A DNA stretch of 64,000 nt, taken from Myxococcales bacterium. GTDB taxonomy: Bacteria > Myxococcota_A > Polyangia > Polyangiales > Polyangiaceae. This document shows positions 25,764 through 34,128 of this stretch, piece after piece. Location of the stretch: assembly GCA_043747615.1 (NCBI GenBank), contig JAYTOU010000049.1, positions 8,418 to 72,417 on the forward strand, read 5' to 3'. The notes below the pieces were generated by a model that ran no database searches, was not told the DNA's origin, and worked only from the letters and a program-made list of their open reading frames with translations. A program made the position numbers and the translations under genes. Positions within the stretch are counted from its first letter, which is position 1; each line of letters opens with the position of its first letter.

Positions 25764-26918
25764 CTACGGTGTGCCAAACGGCACAATCCCGACCTGCGCT
25801 GCCACGGCCTTGGGGCGCATGACGAACAGCGCCATTCCCAAGGGAAACGCGGCAAGGAAAGTGACGGCGATGAGTGGCTGACCAAGAACGAAGGAGAGAG
25901 CGAGCGTCGCGACGAGGAGCGCAAGACGAACCGCGAGGTAGCGCGCGAGGCGTGGACCGCGAAGTGCGCCCAACGCAAGGTCGGTCGGCAGAAGAACGAG
26001 GAGGACGAGGTTGCGCGCGACCCAGGGATACACGCACGCGACGGCCATGACCTCGACCAAGAGCGCGAGCAGTCCCAGAAGCACGCCGATCAGCGCGAGA
26101 GCGATGCGCGCTTTCTTTCCCACAGACCGGGAGGTCGCAAACACCAGCCCCCCGAGCGCGAGACCGACGAGAACGATGAACGCCCTCCCCGCGACGGTAC
26201 TCGTCTTGAGAACGAAGCCACCCGGCGCGTGAACGACTTCGGGCTTCACGCCGAAGCGTCGCTCGACAGAATCACGCAGGCGAAGAGGCTGGAACATCAT
26301 CTCGTAGCCGGTGGGCCGCGTTTCTCCGCGCCAGCCCACGAAGAGCGCCACGCCAGCGAGCTCGAGCACCCTGCCGGTGAAGCCCTCCTCGAGGAGCTCG
26401 CGAAAATTCGGAGTGGACGGATCCGGCTGGGGGACCTCGCGAAGCTTGCCGCCGGTAGCTTCGTCGAGAAGATCGCGAAGCTTCGTGGTGCAGTTCGCGT
26501 ACGCCGGCTCGTAGCTGTAGGGCGTTTTCCCCACGGCGGCGCGATCAAGCGAGGCGGCAAGAGCATCGGCCTCTCGGGGCGCAAGCGGGAGGCGCTGCTT
26601 CCAGATGTTTCGTTCCTGAGCCTTGAAGGCGGCGACCAAAATCGGAAGGTCGACGCTTATCGGAATGAAACGCGAGCGCCCGCGGAGGGTGCCCCAGACC
26701 AAGTCGGTGGCGTCGTTCGTATCGGCGATCCCGAAGTCGAAACAGATGCCGTTCGGGCGGGTGGCGTCGGTCACGCAGAGGGCCGCGTGTCCGAAGTGCG
26801 AGAACGTGTCGCTTCCCGGGCCCACGGTGTAGAGGTCCACGAGTTCCTCGGCCGACGCCGAGCGCGTGAGTAGGAGTGCGAGCACACCAAGCAAGATTGC
26901 AAAAAATCGTGTGTGCAT
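25764..26918 (-). CDS. DUF4105 (Lnb-like) domain membrane protein
   Basis: Signal peptide; LYTVGPG..FS.FGH.AL, FDFG, Y.Y.....NCTT..RD; four C-terminal TMs. Confidence 0.8.
   Translation of the reverse strand: MHTRFFAILLGVLALLLTRSASAEELVDLYTVGPGSDTFSHFGHAALCVTDATRPNGICFDFGIADTNDATDLVWGTLRGRSRFIPISVDLPILVAAFKAQERNIWKQRLPLAPREADALAASLDRAAVGKTPYSYEPAYANCTTKLRDLLDEATGGKLREVPQPDPSTPNFRELLEEGFTGRVLELAGVALFVGWRGETRPTGYEMMFQPLRLRDSVERRFGVKPEVVHAPGGFVLKTSTVAGRAFIVLVGLALGGLVFATSRSVGKKARIALALIGVLLGLLALLVEVMAVACVYPWVARNLVLLVLLPTDLALGALRGPRLARYLAVRLALLVATLALSFVLGQPLIAVTFLAAFPLGMALFVMRPKAVAAQVGIVPFGTP
25770..25785. promoter_or_regulatory. Palindromic candidate activator site (UAS)
   Basis: Perfect TGTGCC-N4-GGCACA about 50 bp upstream of the -24 box, with an AT-rich tract between. 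Confidence 0.45.
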
Positions 26919-27005
26919 CCCCCGGGGCTCCTCGCGCGCCGGTCTAGCTCAAGTCACGCCTGCTCGATAGGCCGAAGGTCGCCGAGGCGGTATGATCGAA
27001 CGCGG

Positions 27006-28484
27006 ATGGAAATCTTTCCGGGGGCGGTGATCGCCGAGCGCTACATGGCCAACCGGAAGGTTGGAATGGGAGCCTTCGGGGAAGTGTGGGAGGCGACGCA
27101 TCTCGCGATCGGCGTTAAGGTCGCGATCAAGACCCTCCTGCCGGCCGCGAAGAGCGACGCCGACGCCATCACCCGACTTCGTCGCGAGGCCTATTTTCTC
27201 GCACGGATCCAGAGCGATCGGGTCGCGCGCGTCCTCGACTTCATCAGCGACGACACCTTTGGCCTGGTCCTGGTGATCGAGTTTGTCGAGGGAGAGCTGC
27301 TCTTCGATGTGCTCAAAACACGGAAGCAAATTTCGGTCGAAGAAGCACTCGAGATTGGCGAGGACATTCTCACCGGTCTTTGCGACTTCCACGCCGCCGA
27401 GGTCATTCACCGGGATCTCAAGCCCGGCAACATCATCATGCGACCGCTCCTCGACGGCCACTTCCGCGCGATGATCTTCGACTTCAGCCTCAGTCGTCAG
27501 ATGGCGAAGAAAGACGCCACCGAGGACTCGATCACCAACCTCACGAAATCAAACGTCGCGGTGGGCACGCTCGAGTACATGGCGCCGGAGCAGGTCCTCA
27601 ACTCTCGTCAGGTCACGGAGCGATCCGATCTCTATTCGGTGGGCGCCATCCTCTACCGCGCCGTGGCTGGGAAGCACCCTTTTCCTGGGACGAACGTCGA
27701 GCTCGCACAGACGAAGTTGATGACGGAGGCCCCCGCGATTCGGACGGGGCGCGACGATCGCGTGGCGATGGACTTCGAGTCGCTGGTCATGAGAGCCCTT
27801 CGTCGAAAGCCGTCGCAGCGTTTCTCGTCGGCGCTCGAAATGCGCGGCGAGCTGCGCCTTATCCTCAGCCTGATGCGCGCCAAGGCGGCCCTCCTGCTGG
27901 ATGACGAAGTGACGCGGATCGCGCCGAACCCCACGTTCGCCCTTGTCGCCGCAGAGAAGCGCGCAGCGGCGGACGACTACGAGGTGGAGACGGTGGTGGA
28001 GACGCATCCGCACGGGGCCGCGCACGTTGCCGCGCCGAGTGAGACGCAGCCCCTTCCGACGATTCCGGCGAGCTCTCTTCCGGCCGCGGCTCACGCCGCT
28101 TCCGAACCGCCGGCTCCACCGGAGCGCGCCCCGGTGAGGACCACGAGCCGGCTACTCGTCGCTGCATCGATCATCGGCACGTTCGCGGGGGGCCTCACGC
28201 TCGGAGGCTTTCTCAGCGAAACCCACCGGCGCGAGTCGCTCGCCAGCACAAACCCGCCCCCCGTCATCTTCGTCGACGCCTCGGTGGCGCTCGTGACGGC
28301 CATCTCGGAGCCCTCCACGCTGACTGACGCCGGAGACGCGGCGCGCATCGTCGACGCGAACGTCCCGGATCGCGTGAGCCCCAAGGCCATCGTCCGCGTC
28401 GTGGTGCGGCCGCCCGTCGAGTCCGAAAGCTCGACCAGGCCTACGCGCGTGTCTGCCGACGACGCAGACGCTCCCGTACCGTGA
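27006..28484 (+). CDS. Membrane Ser/Thr protein kinase
   Basis: GMGAFGEV, VAIK, HRDLKPGN, DFS (for DFG), GTLEYMAPEQ, DLYSVG; C-terminal TM. Confidence 0.95.
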   Translation: MEIFPGAVIAERYMANRKVGMGAFGEVWEATHLAIGVKVAIKTLLPAAKSDADAITRLRREAYFLARIQSDRVARVLDFISDDTFGLVLVIEFVEGELLFDVLKTRKQISVEEALEIGEDILTGLCDFHAAEVIHRDLKPGNIIMRPLLDGHFRAMIFDFSLSRQMAKKDATEDSITNLTKSNVAVGTLEYMAPEQVLNSRQVTERSDLYSVGAILYRAVAGKHPFPGTNVELAQTKLMTEAPAIRTGRDDRVAMDFESLVMRALRRKPSQRFSSALEMRGELRLILSLMRAKAALLLDDEVTRIAPNPTFALVAAEKRAAADDYEVETVVETHPHGAAHVAAPSETQPLPTIPASSLPAAAHAASEPPAPPERAPVRTTSRLLVAASIIGTFAGGLTLGGFLSETHRRESLASTNPPPVIFVDASVALVTAISEPSTLTDAGDAARIVDANVPDRVSPKAIVRVVVRPPVESESSTRPTRVSADDADAPVP

Positions 28485-30265
28485 TCTCTTTCTCGTCGAT
28501 TCGAAATAGCTTCGAGCACACGCCACGCACGCTCGCCCTCGTCTGGCGCGCGTCGCCCCGCCTCTCCCTCGCGCTCGGCATACTCACCCTCGTTTCGGCT
28601 GGACTTCCGCTTGGAATCGCTTACGCCGGCAAGGGAATCATCGACGCGGTCGTCGCCCACAGCGCAGCCTCGACGACGCGCTGGGTGATCATCGAGCTCG
28701 GCTTCATTGCAGCGCAGACCCTTGCCCAGCAGGGTCTTTCGCTCGTCCGCTCGGTCATGGGCGCACGCCTCTCGCTCGACATCAACATCGCCATTCTGGA
28801 AAAAGCGCTCAGCCTCGAGCTACGGCACTTCGAAGATTCGGAGTTTTACGATCAGCTCACGAAGGCCCGTCGCGAGGCTTCGTCGCGGCCGCTCTCCGTG
28901 ATCACCCGCAGCTTTCAGACACTGCAGAACGTCCTCACGCTCGTTGGGTACGTCGCGCTCCTCGTGCACTTCAATGCCTGGGCGGTCGGAGGCTTGGTGC
29001 TCGCGGCCATCCCGGCCACAGTCGCCGAGATGCGCTTTTCGAGCATCGCGTTTCGCATGCGGAACTGGCGCTCGCCGGAATCGCGGAAGCTCATGTACCT
29101 CGAGTACGTCCTCGCGAACGACGGCCACGCCAAGGAGGTAAAGCTCTTCGGTCTCGGTCCCATGCTCCTCGGTCGCTACCGAAAGCTCGGCGAGTCGTTC
29201 TTCGAGGAAGACAAATCGCTCGCTCTTCGGCGCACTGGCTGGGCCTACGGTCTGTCGCTCGTCGCCACGGGCGCGTTCTATGGGGCGTACCTGTTCATGG
29301 CTCTGCAGGCTGCGCGCGGGCTCCTCACGCTTGGCGAGATGACGCTCTACATGGTGGCGTTCCGCCAGGGGCAACAGGCCTTTCAGTCGATGCTCGGAGC
29401 TGCGTCCGGGATGTACGAAGACAACCTCTACATGTCGAACCTCTTCGCCTACCTCGCGATCCCGGTGCTGAGCGTCGCCCCTCCCAGTGCGATCGCTCCT
29501 GGCACCGAGGGGTCGGGGATCACGTTCGACAACGTGGGATTCAAGTATCCCGGACGCGACGAGTGGGCGCTCCGTCACATCGATATCCAAGTTCCGCGCG
29601 GGCAAAGCATTGCGCTCGTCGGGCAGAATGGAGCTGGCAAAACCACGTTCATCAAGCTCCTCACCCGGCTCTACGAGCCGAGCGAAGGCCGCATTCTCCT
29701 CGACGGAAAAGATCTTCGCGAGTGGGAGGAGGCGGATCTCCGGCGGAGGATCGGCGTCATCTTCCAGGACTTCAATCAGTACCAGCTCAAGGTGCGAGAG
29801 AACGTCGGAGTGGGGAGCATCGACGAGCTCGAGAACGATGCGCAGATCGCGCGGGCCGTCGATCGCGGTGGCGCACAGACCGTCGTTGGAGCGTTGAGCG
29901 AAGGGCTTGAGACTCCGCTCGGCCGCTGGTTCAAGGACGGCGTCGAACTCTCCGGTGGTCAGTGGCAGAAGATCGCCCTGGCCCGCGCGTTCATGCGGGA
30001 GGGCGCAGACATCCTCGTTCTCGACGAGCCGACCGCGGCGCTCGACGCCGAAGCGGAGCACGCCATCTTCGAGCGTTTTCGCACGCTGACCGAGGGGCGG
30101 ACGAGCATCCTCATCTCCCACCGTTTTCCCACGGTGAGGATGGCTGATCGCATCTACGTGCTCGAAGGCGGGCGCGTCGTTGAGTCGGGATCCCACGCGG
30201 CGCTCGTCGCAAGCGAGGGCCGCTACGCAAAGCTCTTCGCCCTGCAAGCGCAGGGTTACCTCTAG
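28481..30265 (+). CDS. ABC exporter, fused permease and ATPase
   Basis: GQNGAGKT, LSGGQWQ, ILVLDEPT, SHR; N-terminal TMs. Confidence 0.95.
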   Translation: MISFSSIRNSFEHTPRTLALVWRASPRLSLALGILTLVSAGLPLGIAYAGKGIIDAVVAHSAASTTRWVIIELGFIAAQTLAQQGLSLVRSVMGARLSLDINIAILEKALSLELRHFEDSEFYDQLTKARREASSRPLSVITRSFQTLQNVLTLVGYVALLVHFNAWAVGGLVLAAIPATVAEMRFSSIAFRMRNWRSPESRKLMYLEYVLANDGHAKEVKLFGLGPMLLGRYRKLGESFFEEDKSLALRRTGWAYGLSLVATGAFYGAYLFMALQAARGLLTLGEMTLYMVAFRQGQQAFQSMLGAASGMYEDNLYMSNLFAYLAIPVLSVAPPSAIAPGTEGSGITFDNVGFKYPGRDEWALRHIDIQVPRGQSIALVGQNGAGKTTFIKLLTRLYEPSEGRILLDGKDLREWEEADLRRRIGVIFQDFNQYQLKVRENVGVGSIDELENDAQIARAVDRGGAQTVVGALSEGLETPLGRWFKDGVELSGGQWQKIALARAFMREGADILVLDEPTAALDAEAEHAIFERFRTLTEGRTSILISHRFPTVRMADRIYVLEGGRVVESGSHAALVASEGRYAKLFALQAQGYL

Positions 30266-30279
30266 CTTAGCTACCTAGC

Positions 30280-31173
30280 TCAACGTGCGATTGCCTTGGG
30301 TGGCCGGAGAATGTCGCCGGGGATTCCCGTCGCGTTGTCGGTCACGCCTGGCGCGTTGACGCGGCTGCCGTTGAGATCGGTGACGTCGACGATCACCTCG
30401 ACGGCGATGTTTCCAGCGCCCATGGCTCCTTGCGCATTCATCACCCGCAGACCGAGGTCGAAGCCGGTGAGCCCGGGAACGACCTTCGGCAGGTACGGAG
30501 CGATCAGCGGATCGGGGGCGTTCGAGCGGTTCTGTAGATTGAAGACGTGATTGAAGAGCCCATTCAAGTTGGCATTCGGGTCTGTGGGCGGCGACTTCGT
30601 GATCCCCATTACCGTCGCCAGATCGATCGCCATTTCCGTCACGTCGTCGGAGGTAATCGTCCCCTGCACGCGCGACTTCGGAAGAAGGACGAACGGTTTG
30701 TCCCAGCCACTGAAGTCCGGCGTGGTCTGCTCGTCGCTCACGATCTGGATGCCCGGCCGGTAACGCACGAACTCGTTCCACGGATCGAGCAGCAGCTCCA
30801 CGATGTGCGCTTGGTCGTCGAGATTCGAGAGCGTGAAACGAACCTCCACCCGCGCATCGCTCGCCTTCAAGAACGGCTCACGCGGAAGACCCGGCGCTTG
30901 CCCTAGCGCTTGGCCCTCGACATCGGTCGGCCTCCGGAAGGGGAGCTTCACCGGTGTCTCCACCTGGTAGATCGTGGTCTGACCGTCGCTGTAGATGGGG
31001 GCTACCTTGTCGGTCATCCCGACGACGGAGGGAGAGGTCGTCTGGTTGTCGTCGCTGTTCGCACAGGCGCACACGCTCGCCGCAACCGCGAGGCCGACGA
31101 GCCTTCGGGGGAATCTCCCCGCGGCGCTGGGGGCCCGAGGCAACACGTGAGGCTTGAAAAGTAGGGAAACCAT
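30280..31173 (-). CDS. Hypothetical lipoprotein (start uncertain)
   Basis: RR, hydrophobic stretch, VCAC; coherent beta-rich ORF. Confidence 0.7.
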   Translation of the reverse strand: MVSLLFKPHVLPRAPSAAGRFPRRLVGLAVAASVCACANSDDNQTTSPSVVGMTDKVAPIYSDGQTTIYQVETPVKLPFRRPTDVEGQALGQAPGLPREPFLKASDARVEVRFTLSNLDDQAHIVELLLDPWNEFVRYRPGIQIVSDEQTTPDFSGWDKPFVLLPKSRVQGTITSDDVTEMAIDLATVMGITKSPPTDPNANLNGLFNHVFNLQNRSNAPDPLIAPYLPKVVPGLTGFDLGLRVMNAQGAMGAGNIAVEVIVDVTDLNGSRVNAPGVTDNATGIPGDILRPPKAIAR

Positions 31174-31199
31174 GCTGTTCGGCATCCTCCAGCAAAACA

Positions 31200-31406
31200 C
31201 TAAGCGATAGCCGTGCCGCGTCTTCTTCGAAGCGTAGCAGTCCGCTGCGCGTGGTGGAGTCCGCTATGTTCGTCCCCTCGTGCCCGCGAGATCTCGGCGC
31301 GAACGAGCTCGGCGAGCGCCTCCTCCTCGACGGCGCGCGCGGCAAGCTCGCAGGCCCGACCCGGCTCGCCCCGTTCGAGCGCGTGCTCCGCCGCATCCAC
31401 CAGCAC
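31200..31406 (-). CDS. Possible small helical protein
   Basis: 68-aa ORF with amphipathic composition in an otherwise empty gap; no RBS. Confidence 0.3.
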   Translation of the reverse strand: MLVDAAEHALERGEPGRACELAARAVEEEALAELVRAEISRARGDEHSGLHHAQRTATLRRRRGTAIA

Positions 31407-31488
31407 CGGACTCTACGCTCAGCATGTGTCCGAAAATAGGACACTCTTTTCACCGGGGAAACCAGGCTTTTTATGAGAGGATATAGCG

Positions 31489-32370
31489 GTGAGCGCGCTC
31501 CTCGAGACCACCACGCTTCGCGTCGACATCGGGGGCGTACCGTGCGTCGACGGCCTGTCGATGGTCACTACGGGCGACCACGTGATCGTCCTCGGCGCAC
31601 CGTCGGGGCTTTTCGAAGCCGTGAGCGGGATGCGCAAGGTCACCCGGGGCGAGCTTCGTGTCGCAGGTCGGGCGCCGGTCGAGGCCCTGCGCACCGGGGT
31701 GCTGGCAGGCGTTCCCCTCGATCCTCCGATGCCTCCCCGGTGGACACCACGAGGCTACGTAGAATGGAGCGCGCGGCTCGCCGGGCTGAGCAAACGTGAT
31801 GCCCGATCTCGCGCGAGCGATGCCCTCGAGCTCTTGAAGATGACGGCTGTCGCGGAGACACCGCTTCGCACGGCTCCCCTCCACGTCCGGCGCGCGATGG
31901 CTGTCGCCGCAGGTCTGGCCACCGGCGCCGAGGTAATCGTGATGGAAGATCCGGCGGTGTCCCTTCCCGAAGACGCAGCGCGAAACCTCTCCCGCCTCGT
32001 CGCAACGGCCCTCGACACGAGCACCGGCCAAAAACGCCGCTGGATTCTTTTCGCCGGGCGAATTCCCCTCGAATCTCCGCTGGCCATGCACGCCGACGAA
32101 GCGGTGATCGTGATGGGATCGTCCGTCACCGGCCAGGGTCCGCTCGCCGAGCTCGCCACACGCGATCGCTCCTACGCGCTTCGGGTGGTGGGAAAAGAGG
32201 ACGAGTTCCTCCAGGCCGCAGAGGCGCGTGGCGCTCAGGTCGTCCGCCATGGAGCGCATCTCACCGTTGATCTTGGTCCGACGCTTCACACCCGTGACTT
32301 GCTCGAGCTCGCAGAGCAAGCAAGCTCCGTGATCGTGGAGATGCGCCCGCTGGCGCGCGCGTTCGTATGA
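31489..32370 (+). CDS. Degenerate ABC ATPase-like protein
   Basis: ABC framework (DGLS, VTRGELRVAG, A.A.GL...EVIVMEDP) with eroded Walker A (LGAPSGLF) and no LSGGQ; GAGG RBS. Confidence 0.7.
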   Translation: MSALLETTTLRVDIGGVPCVDGLSMVTTGDHVIVLGAPSGLFEAVSGMRKVTRGELRVAGRAPVEALRTGVLAGVPLDPPMPPRWTPRGYVEWSARLAGLSKRDARSRASDALELLKMTAVAETPLRTAPLHVRRAMAVAAGLATGAEVIVMEDPAVSLPEDAARNLSRLVATALDTSTGQKRRWILFAGRIPLESPLAMHADEAVIVMGSSVTGQGPLAELATRDRSYALRVVGKEDEFLQAAEARGAQVVRHGAHLTVDLGPTLHTRDLLELAEQASSVIVEMRPLARAFV

Positions 32371-33017
32371 CCATGGACCGCGACGCCAAAGACGAGTCGG
32401 TCGCCGTTCGTCTCGTATCGACCGATGCGCTCGGCACGGGTCGGCTAGGAATTTACGCGGCCCTCGGCGCGGCAACCGGCATCGTTCCCTTTCCGTGGAT
32501 CCCCGGCGCACTTGCGCGGCGGCTGCGTGGTGCTCTCGCCCAAGACGTGTGCGCGCGCCACGGTCTCTCCCTCACCGCGGAAGCGCGGGGCATCTTCTGC
32601 GAGCCGGCGGCCAGTGGCGCAGACCACGGCATGTGGTCGCAAGCCGTCCGCTACGCCAGTCGAAAGCTCCTGTCGCGCTTCACGCCGCTCGGCTTCTTGC
32701 CGCCGCTCCGCTCGGCTGCGCACACCTTCGCGCTCGGCCATCTCCTCAATCGCTACATCGAGTCCTGGCGCACGGAGCGCTCGGTGCGGATCGATCTAGA
32801 AGAAGCGACGCGGGTGAGGCGCGCGATCGACACAGCCGTGCTCAGCGCGATCAACGCCGAGCTCAAAGCCGAGAATGCGCCGCGCCTCTCCCCCGCCGAA
32901 GACCTCCGCGATCCCACGACGCAGCTCCTCGATGGCGTGATCATCGCGACGGCGGGGGTTCCCGATTGGCTGGTCCGCCGTCTCAACGCGGCGTTCGATC
33001 AGTGCATCCCAGGGTGA
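32367..33017 (+). CDS. Hypothetical protein (DUF697/EcsC-like)
   Basis: AA.GIVPFPW pattern; ATGA and GTGA overlaps with neighbours. Confidence 0.6.
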   Translation: MTMDRDAKDESVAVRLVSTDALGTGRLGIYAALGAATGIVPFPWIPGALARRLRGALAQDVCARHGLSLTAEARGIFCEPAASGADHGMWSQAVRYASRKLLSRFTPLGFLPPLRSAAHTFALGHLLNRYIESWRTERSVRIDLEEATRVRRAIDTAVLSAINAELKAENAPRLSPAEDLRDPTTQLLDGVIIATAGVPDWLVRRLNAAFDQCIPG

Positions 33018-34126
33018 GCGGAGTGAGGGAGCAGCGAACGGCTGTCACCTCGGCGCGCCGCATCGTGATCAAGCTCGGGTCGCGGACCATCGCCTCGGAC
33101 GAGACCGTCTATGCCCGGCTCGCATCGTCCATCGCGAAGGCGCGCGCCGCCGGAAAATTCGTGGTGCTCGTCTCGAGTGGTGCCATTGCGCTCGGCACGA
33201 AAAAGCTTGGATTTCGCGCTCGGCCGAAGGAAATGGCCAAGCTCCAGGCGGCGGCCGCAGCAGGCCAAAGTGTTCTCATGCGCGCCTACGAAGAGGCCTT
33301 CGGTGTCGAGCGCATTGCCGTCGCTCAAGTGCTGCTCACGCACGCGGATCTCGCCGATCGGGTGCGCGGAAATAATGCGCGAGCGGCCTTGGCGGCGCTG
33401 CTCGAAGCAGGCGCGGTGCCCATCCTCAACGAAAATGATTCGGTCGCGGTCGAGGAGATCAAATTTGGCGACAACGATCAGCTCGCGGCAATGGTCGCGC
33501 CCCTCGTCGACGCCGATCTACTCATTCTTCTTTCCGACGTCGAAGGGTTGCTCGACGCGAAAGGGAAGCGTGTTCCGCTCGTGCACGATCATGCCGAGGC
33601 CCTGAAGCACGTGCGCCCTTCGACCCGGCGTTCTTCAGGGGACGTAGGAACGGGCGGGATGGCGAGCAAGCTCGAAGCGGCGCGGCGTGCGACGCTCGGT
33701 GGAGCGCAGGCAGTGGTGGCCGACGCCCGCATGGAAGGCGTGATCGATGCGATCCTCCGCGGCGACGACGTGGGGACCCTCTTTTCCGCGGCGCGTGAGC
33801 CGCTGAGCGCAAAAAAGCACTGGATCGCCTTCACGCTACGCGCGCGCGGAGACGTGATTCTGGATCGCGGCGCTGCGGAAGCCGTACGCATCAAAGGCAA
33901 GAGCGTCTTGTCCGTCGGCGTACTCGGCGTGCGCGGAGACTTTCGGGCGGGCGACGCGGTTCGCCTCCTCGACGTCGATGCGACCGAGCTCGGACGTGGT
34001 CTCGCCTCGTGCGCATCGGAGGACGCCGTTCGCGTCGCCGGCAAAGCAAAACAGGATCTCCCCGAGGCGCTTCTCGCGTTCGCGGAGCTCATTCACCGCG
34101 ACGACATGGTGGTCTGGAAGGCCTAG
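33014..34126 (+). CDS. proB: Glutamate 5-kinase
   Basis: IVIKLGS, VSSGAIA, QAAAAAGQ, NENDSV, FGDNDQL, GTGGMASK, C-terminal PUA domain. Confidence 0.97.
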   Translation: MSGVREQRTAVTSARRIVIKLGSRTIASDETVYARLASSIAKARAAGKFVVLVSSGAIALGTKKLGFRARPKEMAKLQAAAAAGQSVLMRAYEEAFGVERIAVAQVLLTHADLADRVRGNNARAALAALLEAGAVPILNENDSVAVEEIKFGDNDQLAAMVAPLVDADLLILLSDVEGLLDAKGKRVPLVHDHAEALKHVRPSTRRSSGDVGTGGMASKLEAARRATLGGAQAVVADARMEGVIDAILRGDDVGTLFSAAREPLSAKKHWIAFTLRARGDVILDRGAAEAVRIKGKSVLSVGVLGVRGDFRAGDAVRLLDVDATELGRGLASCASEDAVRVAGKAKQDLPEALLAFAELIHRDDMVVWKA

Positions 34127-34128
34127 CT

